A DNA stretch of 64,000 bases, from NCBI RefSeq assembly GCF_001194135.2, contig NC_068981.1, forward strand, positions 173,429,293 through 173,493,292, in the 5' to 3' direction. The stretch is from Octopus bimaculoides (taxonomy: Eukaryota). Below the pieces are notes generated by a model. It did no database searches. It was given only the letters and a program-made list of their open reading frames with translations, and had not been told where the DNA came from. The translations under genes and the position numbers were made by a program. This document shows, piece by piece, positions 24,200 to 36,390 of the stretch (its first letter is position 1; the number at the start of each line of letters is the position of its first letter).

Positions 24200-27100
24200 T
24201 GTCAGGTCGCTCTTCAGTGCTACTGGTACTATGTAGTCCAGTACAACCTGTTCCATGGTCGGGTCGTCGGCGACTAAACTGGCAACCCCACCAGGCTTGC
24301 TTGGTGAGTCGGGTGCTTATTGAACACCCTGTGGGTCAAAAATTAAGACCCGTCAAAGGGCGGAGGAACTACAAAGTAGTCAACGGCCATTCAACTACGT
24401 GTGTTTGTGGAGTGTGTGTGTATTGTATATATTGCATTTTAAGCTCTGTGTGTGTGTGTATGATAAATACTGTATTTCAGCATGTGTATGTACATATTGT
24501 ATATTGTGTTTTTAAATTGTATATATTGTCAATCTTAGTTTTAAATTTACTCAGTTTTTATCTCAATTTTTGATTTGTATTTATTTCTCTTATTTTAATT
24601 TTTTTTTTAATAAATAGATGAGGGGTGGATAGAGCTCCTCTGTTTACCCAAGCTATGGCGAAGGCAGTCTATCTAAGAGAAAGCAACTCTGAATTTAAAT
24701 ACTTCACTGCTGTCTTGTAGTCAGCCTTTGGTTGGTCAAAGACTGGGAGAAGGACACTCTGATATAAAACCTGCGACTGCAAATGCACCCAATGATGTTG
24801 ATTTGCTCTTCTTTTTGGATCATGCTTTGTAGTTTAGAGAGTGGGAATGTTTGTTGTGCAAAACTTTTCAAAAACAGGTATTGCTGGAGAGGAAGAAGAA
24901 ATGGACATCTTGTATGTACATGGTTGGCTGAAACTTAAAAAGGCACATCTAAACAATGAAAGTTCATATTGATTATGAAGTAAATGGCAAAAAGAACTCT
25001 GGAACATTTTGTCTTGTGGTCTGGCCCAGCAGGTGTTCCAGGGCACCACAGCCTGGATCCGGTCATCATCCTGCAACTGTGAGTAAATTTAAGTTAAGAT
25101 GCAACCCTATGAATATAGGATGTTGGAATGTTCAAACATTATTAGACAATGATTGTCTGAAATTTCGTCCAGAGATCCGCGCTTGTTGCAAAAGAGTTAC
25201 AGCGATATGATATGGATGTCGTAGCATTAGCTGAAACAAGAATTCACGGAAAGGGGAATTTCTTAGAGAAATCTGCAGGATATCATTTCTTTTGGAGCGG
25301 TAGAGAGGAGACCTATAAGAGAGAATCAGGAGTGGGATTTGCTATCAAAACCACTCTAGCTTCAAAACTTGAGGAACTACCATGTGGTCGTTCGGATTGT
25401 TTAATGTCCTTAAGGCTGCCATTAAGAAAAGGTCACTATGCAACACTCATAAGTGCATATGCACCAACAATGAACTCATCAGAGGATGATAAACTTGCCT
25501 TCTATCTATCACTAACAGAGATTATACACAATATCCCCCATGATGACAAAGTTGTCATTTTGGGTGATTTTAATGCTTGCGTTGGTGCAGATTGCGAGAC
25601 TTGGGGTGTCCTAGGAAAACATAGGGTTGGGAGTTCCAACAGTAATGGTTTGCTACTGTTACAAATGTTCGTAGAGATGGATTTGTGTGTCATGAATACA
25701 ATGTTTCGACTAAAGAATAAGTATAAAATGACATGGATGCACCTTGGTTCTAAGAAATGGCATCTATAGATTACATCCTCACCAGGAAACGAGATACTAG
25801 GGACTTTACTATTGTATGAGTGGTGCAGAGTGCTGGACTGATCATAGGCTTTTGTGTGCCATGGTGAATTTTGTTGTCAAGCCTAAGGTTAAAGCAAATA
25901 ATGACAAGTTACATAAACAGACTGATGTGAATAAACTTAAGATTCTGTCAGTACGCAGTGAGTGAGATGAATAATTTGTCCTGTGATAGAAGCTGGAAGT
26001 CATTCAAAGAAAGAGTGTACGAGATTTGTAGTAACATTCTTGGCTTTGTTGTTAAAAAACACCAAGATTGGTTTAACGATAATGATGAAGAAGTTAATCT
26101 TATCTTAGAGGAGAAGCGAAAGGCATTTAACATGTTGCAAAATGTCGACATGTCAACGAACAGGACAGTGGCTACATATTTCAAGGCAGTAAAAGCAACA
26201 GTGCAGAGGAAGCTACNNNNNNNNNNNNNNNNNNNNNNNNNNNNNNNNNNNNNNNNNNNNNNNNNNNNNNNNNNNNNNNNNNNNNNNNNNNNNNNNNNNN
26301 NNNNNNNNNNNNNNNNNNNNNNNNNNNNNNNNNNNNNNNNNNNNNNNNNNNNNNNNNNNNNNNNNNNNNNNNNNNNNNNNNNNNNNNNNNNNNNNNNNNN
26401 NNNNNNNNNNNNNNNNNNNNNNNNNNNNNNNNNNNNNNNNNNNNNNNNNNNNNNNNNNNNNNNNNNNNNNNNNNNNNNNNNNNNNNNNACATTTTATAGC
26501 AGAAGTTCCAAACCTGGCTGAAATAAAAGCAGCAATCATGAAATTGAACAATGGGAAGGCCCCTGGTATGGATGGACTAGGTGCAGAGATATAAAAATAT
26601 GGTGGTGATCATCTTTGTGCAATGTTGATGGATATGATTCAGAGGGTTTGGCAAAGTGAAGAGGTTCCTCCGGATTGGCGTGATGCAACTATGGAGATAC
26701 TATATAAATCTAAAGGTGGAAGGGATGTCTGTGATAGTTATCATGGCATCTCTCTGTTAGCTGTTACTGGAAAGGTCCTCTGTAGGGTAATGCTGGATAG
26801 ATTGCTTCTGCACATTACTGATGAGGTTCTACCAGAATTGCAATGTGGGTTTAGGGATAGTGGGAGTACTATGGATATGATATTTTCGGCTAGACAGTTG
26901 CAAGAGAAGTGCATTGAACAGGATATGGACTTATACCAGGTTTTCATTGACCTAACAAAAGCGTTTGATTCTATCAATAGAATTGCACTTTGGGAGATCC
27001 TAAAAAAGCTAGGATGCCCTGAAAAATTTGTGAGAATGCTTAACATTTCATAACAAGATGGAAGTGAGAGTTAATGTTGAAGGTACCTTATCAGATCCAA

Positions 27101-27440
27101 TTTCTGTAGAAAATGGTGGAAAGCAAGGTGATATTCCTGTTCTTACAATGTTTGCTATATATTTTGCAATAGTTTTTCAAATAGCTTTTAAAGATTGTCC
27201 TGAAGGAGTCTATATAAGTTATAGGACAACAGGAAAACTGTTCAATCTCAAAAGATTCTGTGCCAAAACGAAAGTTTTGCATTCTCACCTTGTTGAGTTT
27301 CTGTATGCAGATGATTGTGATCTGTTGGCACATTCTCAGAAAGATATGTAGCACATGGTGAATGTGATTTCTGCAGCATGTGCAGCATTGGGTCTAACGA
27401 TCAATCTAAAAAAAACTGTTAAAATGTACCAGCCTGCTCT
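24200..27440 (+). mobile_element. RTE-BovB-like LINE, degraded, with 5' UTR, endonuclease and RT
   Basis: MNIGCWNVQTLLD, DVVALAETR, VILGDFNACVG, YHGISLLAVTGKVL, FIDLTKAFDSINR, FLYADDC. Interrupted by a gap and cut off at the 3' end by another LINE. Confidence 0.88.
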
Positions 27441-27444
27441 CTCC

Positions 27445-29495
27445 ATTCTCACCAGGAAACGAGAAAGATAGCTATTTATAAATGCCAAAACTTTCCCAGT
27501 GAAGAATGCACCCCACAACATAGGTTAGTATTTAGTAACTCCAGGATCAGGGCTACATGGCTGCTCAGAAGACTACCAGTGTGGAAAAGAAGGGTCTGGA
27601 AGCTTAAGGATCCTCTGAATTGACAAACATTTAGAGACGTATTACTTGAAGCTTTTGATGAAAAAGAGGAGGATATAGCGTCACATAATATGGAGGACAA
27701 CTGGAGGTTCCTATAGGACAATCTGTTGTGGGATACTGATCAGATCTGTGCCTGGTGCAAAGTCCCCTTTCGATCTAAGGTAACATGGTGGTGGAACAAT
27801 GTAGTTGACAGGGCCATTGGGGAAAAGAGACTGGCAAGGAAGGACTGGAAATGTGGTAGTAACAGGGAACTGTATCAGATAACCAGAGGGGAAGCTAGGA
27901 GACAGGTTTACTTAGCCAGAGGGGAAGCAGATAAGAAATTTTCCAATGTTCTGCATCATGAGGACCAGAGACTTGAAGTGTTTTGAATTGCAAGACTGTG
28001 TGTGAGAGAAAATCACGATGTCATAGGAGAGAAATGTGTCCGCATGGATGATGGCTCACTTGCATTTAATGATGCTGCAAAGAGAGAGACTTGGAGATGC
28101 TACTATGAAAGGTTGCTAAATGAAGAGAATGAATGGGAGAAAGAGACTTCCAAATGTCAACCCAATAGAGGGACTAGCTATTTGAATTGACAGTATCTTG
28201 GTAAATAAAGCAATTAAAGGTGTGAAGACAGGAAAAGCCCCTGGCCCATCAGGAATCACTGCTGAGATGCTTAAAATATCTGAAGTGTAGGCTATAGTTT
28301 AGTCACCTGTATAGTTAACCAGGTGATACCCAAAGGAGTCATACCCGACCGCACCATCATCAACTGCTACAAAAGTAAAGGTGATGCCATAGATAGAAAT
28401 AATTACAAAGGTATCAAATTGTTGGATCAGGTGATGAAAGTCACAGAGAGGGTCGCAGCCCAACTATTTAGGGAAGTTTTTGTGCGTGGCAGATGCACAG
28501 GTGCAATAAACACTGAAGATGTACAGAAAACAGATTCCATCATATGCTAAGGGGAAAAACTAAAAGTAGTTGATTGCTTCTTTTACCTAGATGACCAAGT
28601 CAGCAGCGAGGATGGATGCTCTGGGAGTGTAGTTGCTAGAATAAGAATAGCCTGGGCAAAGTTCAGAGAGCTCCTACCTCTGCTGGTAACAAAGGGCACA
28701 CTCAGTGTGAAAGGTAGACTGTATGATGCATGTATGCAAACAGCCATGTGACACAGCAGTGAAACATGGGCTATGACTGCTAAGGATATGCATAGGCTTG
28801 AAAGAAATGAAGCTAGTATGATCTGCTGGATGTGTAATGTCAGTCTACATACATGACAGAGTGTAAGTCCTCCGAGAGAAAAGTTGGACACAAGAAGCAT
28901 CAGATGTGCAGATGTACAAGAGAGGCGACTGCACTGGTATGGTCATGTGATGCATATCGATGGGGACAGCTGTGTCACACTCTAAGAAGTGTCACACCCT
29001 AACAGTGGAGGGAACCTGTGGAAGAGGTAGACCGAGGAAGACATGGAATGAGGTGATGAAGAACGATCTTTGAACGTTGAACCTCACAGTGGCAATGACA
29101 AGTGACTCAGACCTTTGGAGATAGGTCGTGCTTGAGAAGACCCAGCAAGCCAGGTGAGATCATAGTCGTGGTTGATGCCAGTGTTGCATGACTGGCCTGT
29201 TTAAAAGCACCCTTAAATTGTTGGGCAATATGCTGTGCTTGTGAAGACCTGTTGAACTGAGTGAAATCATTGTGGCCGATGCCAATGCCGCCAGACTGGC
29301 ACCCATGCCGGTGGCATATAAAGAGCACCATTCGAGTATGGCTGATGCCAGTGTCGCCTGACTGGTATCCATGCTGGTGGCATGTAAAAAGCACCATTTG
29401 AGTGTGGCTGAGCCAGTTCCGCCTGACTGGCACCCATGCTGGTAGCATGTAAAGAGCACCATTCAAGTGAGGCCGATGCCAGTGTCGCCTGACTG
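27445..29495 (+). mobile_element. RTE-clade LINE of the PHD-bearing family, 5'-truncated with RT core deleted
   Basis: Colinear with the 15.3-18.2 kb copy (KTFPSEEC, TWWWNNVVDRAI, NYKGIKLLDQVMKVTER). Jumps at ~28463 to the CGRC block. Ends in the 3' UTR repeat array. Confidence 0.88.
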
Positions 29496-29793
29496 ACACT
29501 ATATATAAAGATAGGTATTATATATATATTAAATTTATATGTGTGTGTGTATGTGTGTATTTTTCCATATATTTCACTTTTTTTCCTTATATATATCATT
29601 ATGGACATGTGAGAAATTAAAAAAATTTTTTCCATATATTTAATAATCTATTTAAATTTAATTGTTTCTATAGACAGCCTGTTTGAACATTTCATGTATA
29701 ATCAGCATAGTGTGTGAGACCATTATGCTAATATTATATGTAATTAGTACAGAAGATGAACAACAATAAAAATTGTAATTGTTTCCATTCCAA

Positions 29794-29796
<3 letters not shown>

Positions 29797-29886
<90 letters not shown>
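29797..29886. repeat. (AG)n microsatellite
   Basis: Directly visible perfect dinucleotide run. Confidence 0.97.
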
Positions 29887-29889
<3 letters not shown>

Positions 29890-32800
29890 CAAGGTTGTTA
29901 GCAAATACATTAACAATACAATTTACAATCAAAATACAGAAAGGAGCTATTATATTGATTATAGATCTAAATCAATCAAAAATATTTCTGCATGCAAAGC
30001 TATAACATAAGATGAATAAATTGAGAGTCAGAGTGGCATCATAGCATTGCAGGAGTAAATTTAATAGATGTTATGGAATTTGGTATCAGTAGTGGTGAAG
30101 ATGGTATGTTTTGATGCCAACATAACATTCAACAATAAGTTTTGTGTACTCTTTGAGATCATCAATAATCTAACCTGCATGAGGATTGTGAAGAAGGCTG
30201 ACTGGAAAGTGAGGCTTCTGTTTCAAATGTGTATGTTTCCAGAACACTTTACTATCTTTGTTAGTGGCTAAATTTAAATACTGCTTTTTAGTCACCTGCT
30301 TGATATAGTTGGGTGCACTGCTGAGCCTTCTTTTATCTTCTGTTCTGTGTAATCTGAATATATGTTCAGTATCCTATCATTCTTTCCTGGAAAGGCAGAC
30401 TGCTGCAATCTTTCATATTGCACTATAGCTGTTTCTAACACATTTATATGGCCCTGATGCATTGCATTTAGCTCAGACTGAATTAAAGATATTCTGAAGG
30501 ATGGTATTGACATCTCCAGAATTATAAAATGCAAACCAATTTGGGTGCTGTATCTCAGTACAAGAATTCCAGTCAAAGTAAGCAGTTTGGAGGTGATGAT
30601 GGCTTTTCTTTGTAGATGACTCAGGGGATAGAGTGATGACTGAGGCCTAGGATGTGTGGAAGACGAACAAGACATATAAAGAGATAGAAAAGGAAAGGAA
30701 GAAGAAATCATATCATTATAACATTATAATTTGAGGCAGAACACACAAACATACCCAAATATATGTAACGGTTGATGTGACAACTGTTCATGTGAAGGTG
30801 AAAGTGAAGGCAAAGGTTCAGGTAAAGGCTGCATTGTAATGGTAGGGTCACCAATTTGTAATCAATGTCTGTTATGGTGCAACGTCGGAATCACCAATTT
30901 GTAATGGTAGAAGTTTATTTTTTTGCAACGGTTGAAATTAATTTGTAAACAATATGGAACGTCGGAGTCATAATCAGTTTGTAAGGATTGGTTCTTCGTT
31001 GATTTGCCATTATGTAAAGATGAAAGAACAGTGATTGAAGTTGTGAAGAAAATATTTATTACCGTTACATTGTAAAATACCTTGCCTCGATGGGCAGGTG
31101 ATAAAATCGTAAAGCATGTGAGGTAAATGTAGATGTCGTAGATTTTCCTTGTATAGTTTGTGTTTGTGTTCTTGTCATTGTGTCGTAATAATTACAGATA
31201 GAGATAGAGTAAAGTTCTAAGAAGAAAGTGAGCTGAGCTAGTGATAGTGAGGGAGTCGAGGGAAGTTGTCTCGCACAGTCGCTGATTGTAATTATCTTTT
31301 TCCCTCTGGCTGTTTGTCTTTAGTGGCTGCCTGCTTGTGGCCATGATTCTAGTGGTCCATTCACTAACTGATGATTGCTCTCTCTCTAACTTGGGTTCTC
31401 ACTAACTTTTGCTTGGGGGTTCTTGTTTTTATAACTATCCAGAAGGATAGACATATCATTGAGAACAATGGATTTCATTGGTGGTACTTGTTATCTTAAT
31501 TCTAGCTTTTGGTGAGATAGAAGAGGTTAGAAGGGTCAAGTGGCGAAAACATTATTTTGCTTAGCTAAGGCGTCTGGCAAATGTAAACTGCTGTCACAGA
31601 AAAAGTATTGTTTTATGGTGAGAAAAGTGCTGTTGAAATGTTAATTTTAAAATTTGGCTATCTAGGATCAAATCCACTTCATGCCTGCAAGATCCACTAC
31701 ATATATACATATATATATATTTGTATATGTATGTATGTATGTATGTATGTATGAAAGTATGTCTATGCATCCCAACCAAGCATTACAGAATTCCATAATA
31801 TGAGAACCATTTTCTCATTGATTTCCATGTAATAAAGTGAGACACATTCTAACAGTATGTATTTTTTTTTTAATGTAAGGGGTAATACAATCACTTCTAT
31901 GCACAAAAATAACCATTTTCATACACACACAATACTAGATGCATACTGCATATATAAAAAACTTTTGAATACATTAAAGAATAAATAAGAAATAACTTGT
32001 TCTCTTAAAGTTTTTAAAAGGCCTAATTAACCCTAAATGTCAGTTGTAATTAAACATTTCCACCTTTGTGATTGTTATTATTAATGTTTAATGATCCAAC
32101 TACATTGCCATTACCAAAGCCGCTAAAACAAGGTATTATCTTTATATTCCATAATATATTAAGTAAACTCTTTCACTTTTCTATAAATAAAAATGCTGGT
32201 AAGTATTCTTTAGGGAGATGATGTATGTCTAAAAGTAATGTAGTTTCTTTCTACTCACAAGAGACAAATTGGCAATGACCGTTGAGTAGTTGGAGTTGCC
32301 TTGAAGGTTCCCTGATAGTGACACTGATAACAGTTTCAAGAACAGTGGAGAATTACTGATCCAAATGGATCCTATGGTTGAGCATCTATATGCATTTGGA
32401 ACTTCCATAGCAGGGTTCCAAACAGACATAATAGTGAAACGCATGTAGGAACTTTAAAATAAAAAATCTGTGTTTATCCTTATTTTTCCTACATTTTGCT
32501 CAGCAACTCATAACTGGTAATACTATTCCATATAGTAGTTTATTAACATCTATACAAAAAGCAGACTGGATTATGAATATCTACATGGAGTTCTAAATAT
32601 AACAGTAGCAGTCATACACCTATTTGCACATATAATTTCTACAATATATATATATATATATAATTGTTAAACAGGATGTCAAACATTAAGGCAAGGCAAG
32701 CATCTCAAGTCATATACAGTATTATTACAGGAAGAAATTAAAAGTCTTACAGCTATTTCTGGGATATCCTCGAGTATGGGATATTCCATCATCAGAGACA

Positions 32801-32999
32801 AATTGGGAGAAAAATATGGAAAATGAGAATGGTATATATCAATAAGATGATAACATAGAAGAAAGGAGTAAAAGAATAAGGAGAAGGAAAGAGAGAAGAA
32901 AAAGAGGCATAAAAGTTCATAATTCAACTTTCCAAAGTCATAGAAACCAAAGCTTGAGTCCTTAGGTGCAATCCAGCGCATATCCATGAATGTAAGTCC

Positions 33000-33727
33000 T
33001 GGGATGAGGTGGTGAAGCACGACCTTCGAACATTAGGCCTTACTGAAGCAATGATTAGTGACTGAGACCTTTGGAAATACGCTGTGCTTGAGAAGACCCG
33101 GCAAGCTAAGTGAGACTATAACCCGTGGCCTATGCCAGTGGTGTAACCAGCCCATTTATGTGTACTTTTCCTTCATTGGACACTAAACTCTGCTTGCGAA
33201 GACCTGTTCAGGCAAGTGAAATCGAAATCAAAATTGAAATCAAATTTGATGACAGCACCGCATGACTGGCATCCGTGTCAGTGGAGCGGTAAGAGCACCA
33301 TCCGAGCGTGATCGCTGCCAGGGCCGCTGACTGGTTCCTATGCCGGTGGCACATAAAATGCACCAGTTGAGTGTGATCATTACTAGCGTCGTCTTACTGG
33401 CACTTGTGCCGGTGGCACGTGGAAAACAACATTTGAGTGAGGTCGTTGCCAGTGCCGCTGGACTAGCTTCTGTGCAGGTGGCACGTAAGAACACCATTTG
33501 AGCATGGCTGTTGTCAGTACCGCCTGACTGGCCCTCGTGCCAGTGGAACGTAAAAGCACCTGCTACACTCTCGGAGTGGTTGGCGTTAGGAAGGGCATCC
33601 GGCTGTAGAAACTCTGCCAGATCAGATTGGAGCCTGGTGCAGCCATCTGGCTCGCCAGTCCTCAGTCAAACCGTCCAACCCATGCCAGCATGGAAAGCGG
33701 ACGTTAAACTATGATGATGATGATGAT
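33000..33727 (+). mobile_element. RTE-clade LINE 3' end with expanded 3' UTR repeat array
   Basis: WDEVVKHDLRTLGL, then about five GTGCCGGTGGCAC...AAGCACC units, GGAGTGGTTGGCGTTAGGAAGGGCATCC and a (GAT)n tail. Confidence 0.85.
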
Positions 33728-34750
33728 ATTGCTAGGAATGTGTTATACCCAGTTACATAAAGCTAATAATAATACGGTAGTAATTTTGAACATAATTTCT
33801 GTTGAGTTTGCTTTTTCACTTGATTTAGACTAAAATTGGCATGCTGATTTCAAAACTAATCAGTTTTCTTCTATCATGTTAAATCTTTTTTTTTCTACAC
33901 CTTACTCTCAGAATAAGGACAATTGTATTGTTTGTTTGTAGGTAATAGGGCTGGTCAGCTGCTTATATTACTTTATTGCTAACACTGGGGAACTTTCTTG
34001 AAAAAAAAAAAATAGTTGTCTTGCTTTTTATAATTAGTCCTGATGGTGCTGGGTTCCGAAATACTGTCAGAAAATTTCTATCGTGTTAAGTTTTTTTGTT
34101 AAAGAGGAATAAATTTTTCACTTTTGCCATTAAGTGCAATACTGAAATAACAAATTAAATTGTATGATTCATAGCTTTTTACCAACAATAAAACAAATTC
34201 GACGGGATGGGAACTTTCTTACCAAATCCGTCATCACAAAGCACCAGACCGATTTGGTAAGAGAAAGGATATACAATGACTTAGCGTAACACTAAGAATA
34301 ATTTTATCAATGGAAGTATAAAGGTTTAAACTCAGGTTTGAGGCGGACAAAACAAAAAGACTGCAAAACACTATTTCGTTCGATATCCTATTCAATTAAT
34401 TTATTGCTTCACCTTCTCTCGTTATATATTATATCGATACAGCAATTTTACATTGGTTGTCATTGTTTTCTTAAAATTTATTAAAATGATTTTGATATAT
34501 ACTATAAATATAATATAGAACAAATAAATTTGTATATTTTTATAAACCGATTAACAGATAACCGGATAACTCACTAGCTAATAGAATAATTAAGAGTCAG
34601 AAATGAGGACATAATAACGACTCTGTGTGTGTGTGTATGGAAGGGGGTGAAATTTGTTGTGTTAGTATAATAGATAGCATATGATCTCGAATTAAAAGAA
34701 CTGAAAACAACAACAGAAATGTATCTGGTTAACTTGCGAGATCTGACAGC

Positions 34751-34764
34751 GTTGCTATAGTAAC
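34751..34764. promoter_or_regulatory. RFX X-box-like motif GTTGCTATAGTAAC
   Basis: Close to the canonical GTTGCCATGGCAAC palindrome, in non-repetitive, CpG-containing sequence. Function not shown. Confidence 0.45.
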
Positions 34765-34884
34765 TGTATGACGCCATCACTATGTTTTGGGCTGTAGTTA
34801 TTCTGCTTGACATTTCTTAGCGTTTTAATTTTGACCATGAAACATAAGTAATCTATCAGCTCAGGACATTTTATAACTTACTAA

Positions 34885-34924
<40 letters not shown>

Positions 34925-36390
34925 ATATATATATAGATGAGGGTATTATGCTTGTTGGTCTTATCAAAAACTAAAAATACACGAAAACCGCAGCAACCTT
35001 AAGTATAAACATTGTAAGTATGAAAATTTTGCGTATTTTCGTATTTAATCGGAAACGAAATTTTTATCATGTTTATTGTTTTGGCATACTTAATTTTAAT
35101 TTTGAAAACATATAACTTTCATTGCTTCAAAAATTCTTTATTAAGATTTAAAGGCTAAAAGAAACCTTGTTTTACTTCACTAACGTAATCAGTTTATGTG
35201 CAGTCAGTTTCCTTCGTGTATCTGTAAACAAGTTGCTGACAACGACTTAATGTTACACTAAATAGTTTTAAAATGTTCAGTCAACAAAAAGAACCACATA
35301 GAGGTTGTTCGACCTACATGAAATAGCAATGGAATCTCCCTCAAAATCACATCCTATCTTATTTAAAAACAACAACAACAACAAAACAAACAAACAAAAA
35401 CATTGTATAATGTAGTCTAAAAAAGAAAAAAAAACACTGATGAGACGACAATGTTTGTTAGTAATACCTTCAGGATAACTTTTAGGTACTCATAACTCTG
35501 GCGCTATAAATAAAAAAACAAAACAAAACTTCTTGCCGTGGAAGTAAGGCGAAATGATAACGTGCATGGGCTCTAGTGCTGCTGCTGCTGCATCGGACCT
35601 GGAGATGGCATTGAATATCTTTGACCACTGGTTCTTTTGATCGGTGCTGATATATGGTCTAACAACAATATTAAAAAAAAAAAAATAATAAATAAATAAA
35701 AATATAAAGATGTGACATACTCAAATGGTTCCTAATCTATTTCGTTGACTGTTTATTTGCTGACACAGTTGATATTTCTTGCAGTGGAAGACACAAAAGA
35801 ATCACCTTTTTCATTTTTAAAATAAAATAATTTTCATAAAAGTACGTTTATTTGGCTGTGTATGTGTATGTGTGTGTGTGCGCGTGTATATATATATATA
35901 TNNNNNNNNNNNNNNNNNNNNNNNNNNNNNNNNNNNNNNNNNNNNNNNNNNNNNNNNNNNNNNNNNNNNNNNNNNNNNNNNNNNNNNNNNNNNNNNNNNN
36001 NNNNNNNNNNNNNNNNNNNNNNNNNNNNNNNNNNNNNNNNNNNNNNNNNNNNNNNNNNNNNNNNNNNNNNNNNNNNNNNNNNNNNNNNNNNNNNNNNNNN
36101 NNNNNNNNNNNNNNNNNNNNNNNNNNNNNNNNNNNNNNNNNNNNNNNNNNNNNNNNNNNNNNNNNNNNNNNNNNNNNNNNNNNNNNNNNNNNNNNNNNNN
36201 NNNNNNNNNNNNNNNNNNNNNNNNNNNNNNNNNNNNNNNNNNNNNNNNNNNNNNNNNNNNNNNNNNNNNNNNNNNNNNNNNNNNNNNNNNNNNNNNNNNN
36301 NNNNNNNNNNNNNNNNNNNNNNNNNNNNNNNNNNNNNNNNNNNNNNNNNNNNNNNNNNNNNNNNNNNNNNNNNNNNNNNNNNNNNNNNNN

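Noticed and set aside
29734-30010. ORF-track entries rich in SL/ER repeats, and similar YI/HT ORFs elsewhere
   Set aside because: These are translations of microsatellites.
35436-35480. CTGATGAG as a possible hammerhead ribozyme core
   Set aside because: No stem II or GAAA follows at the required spacing.
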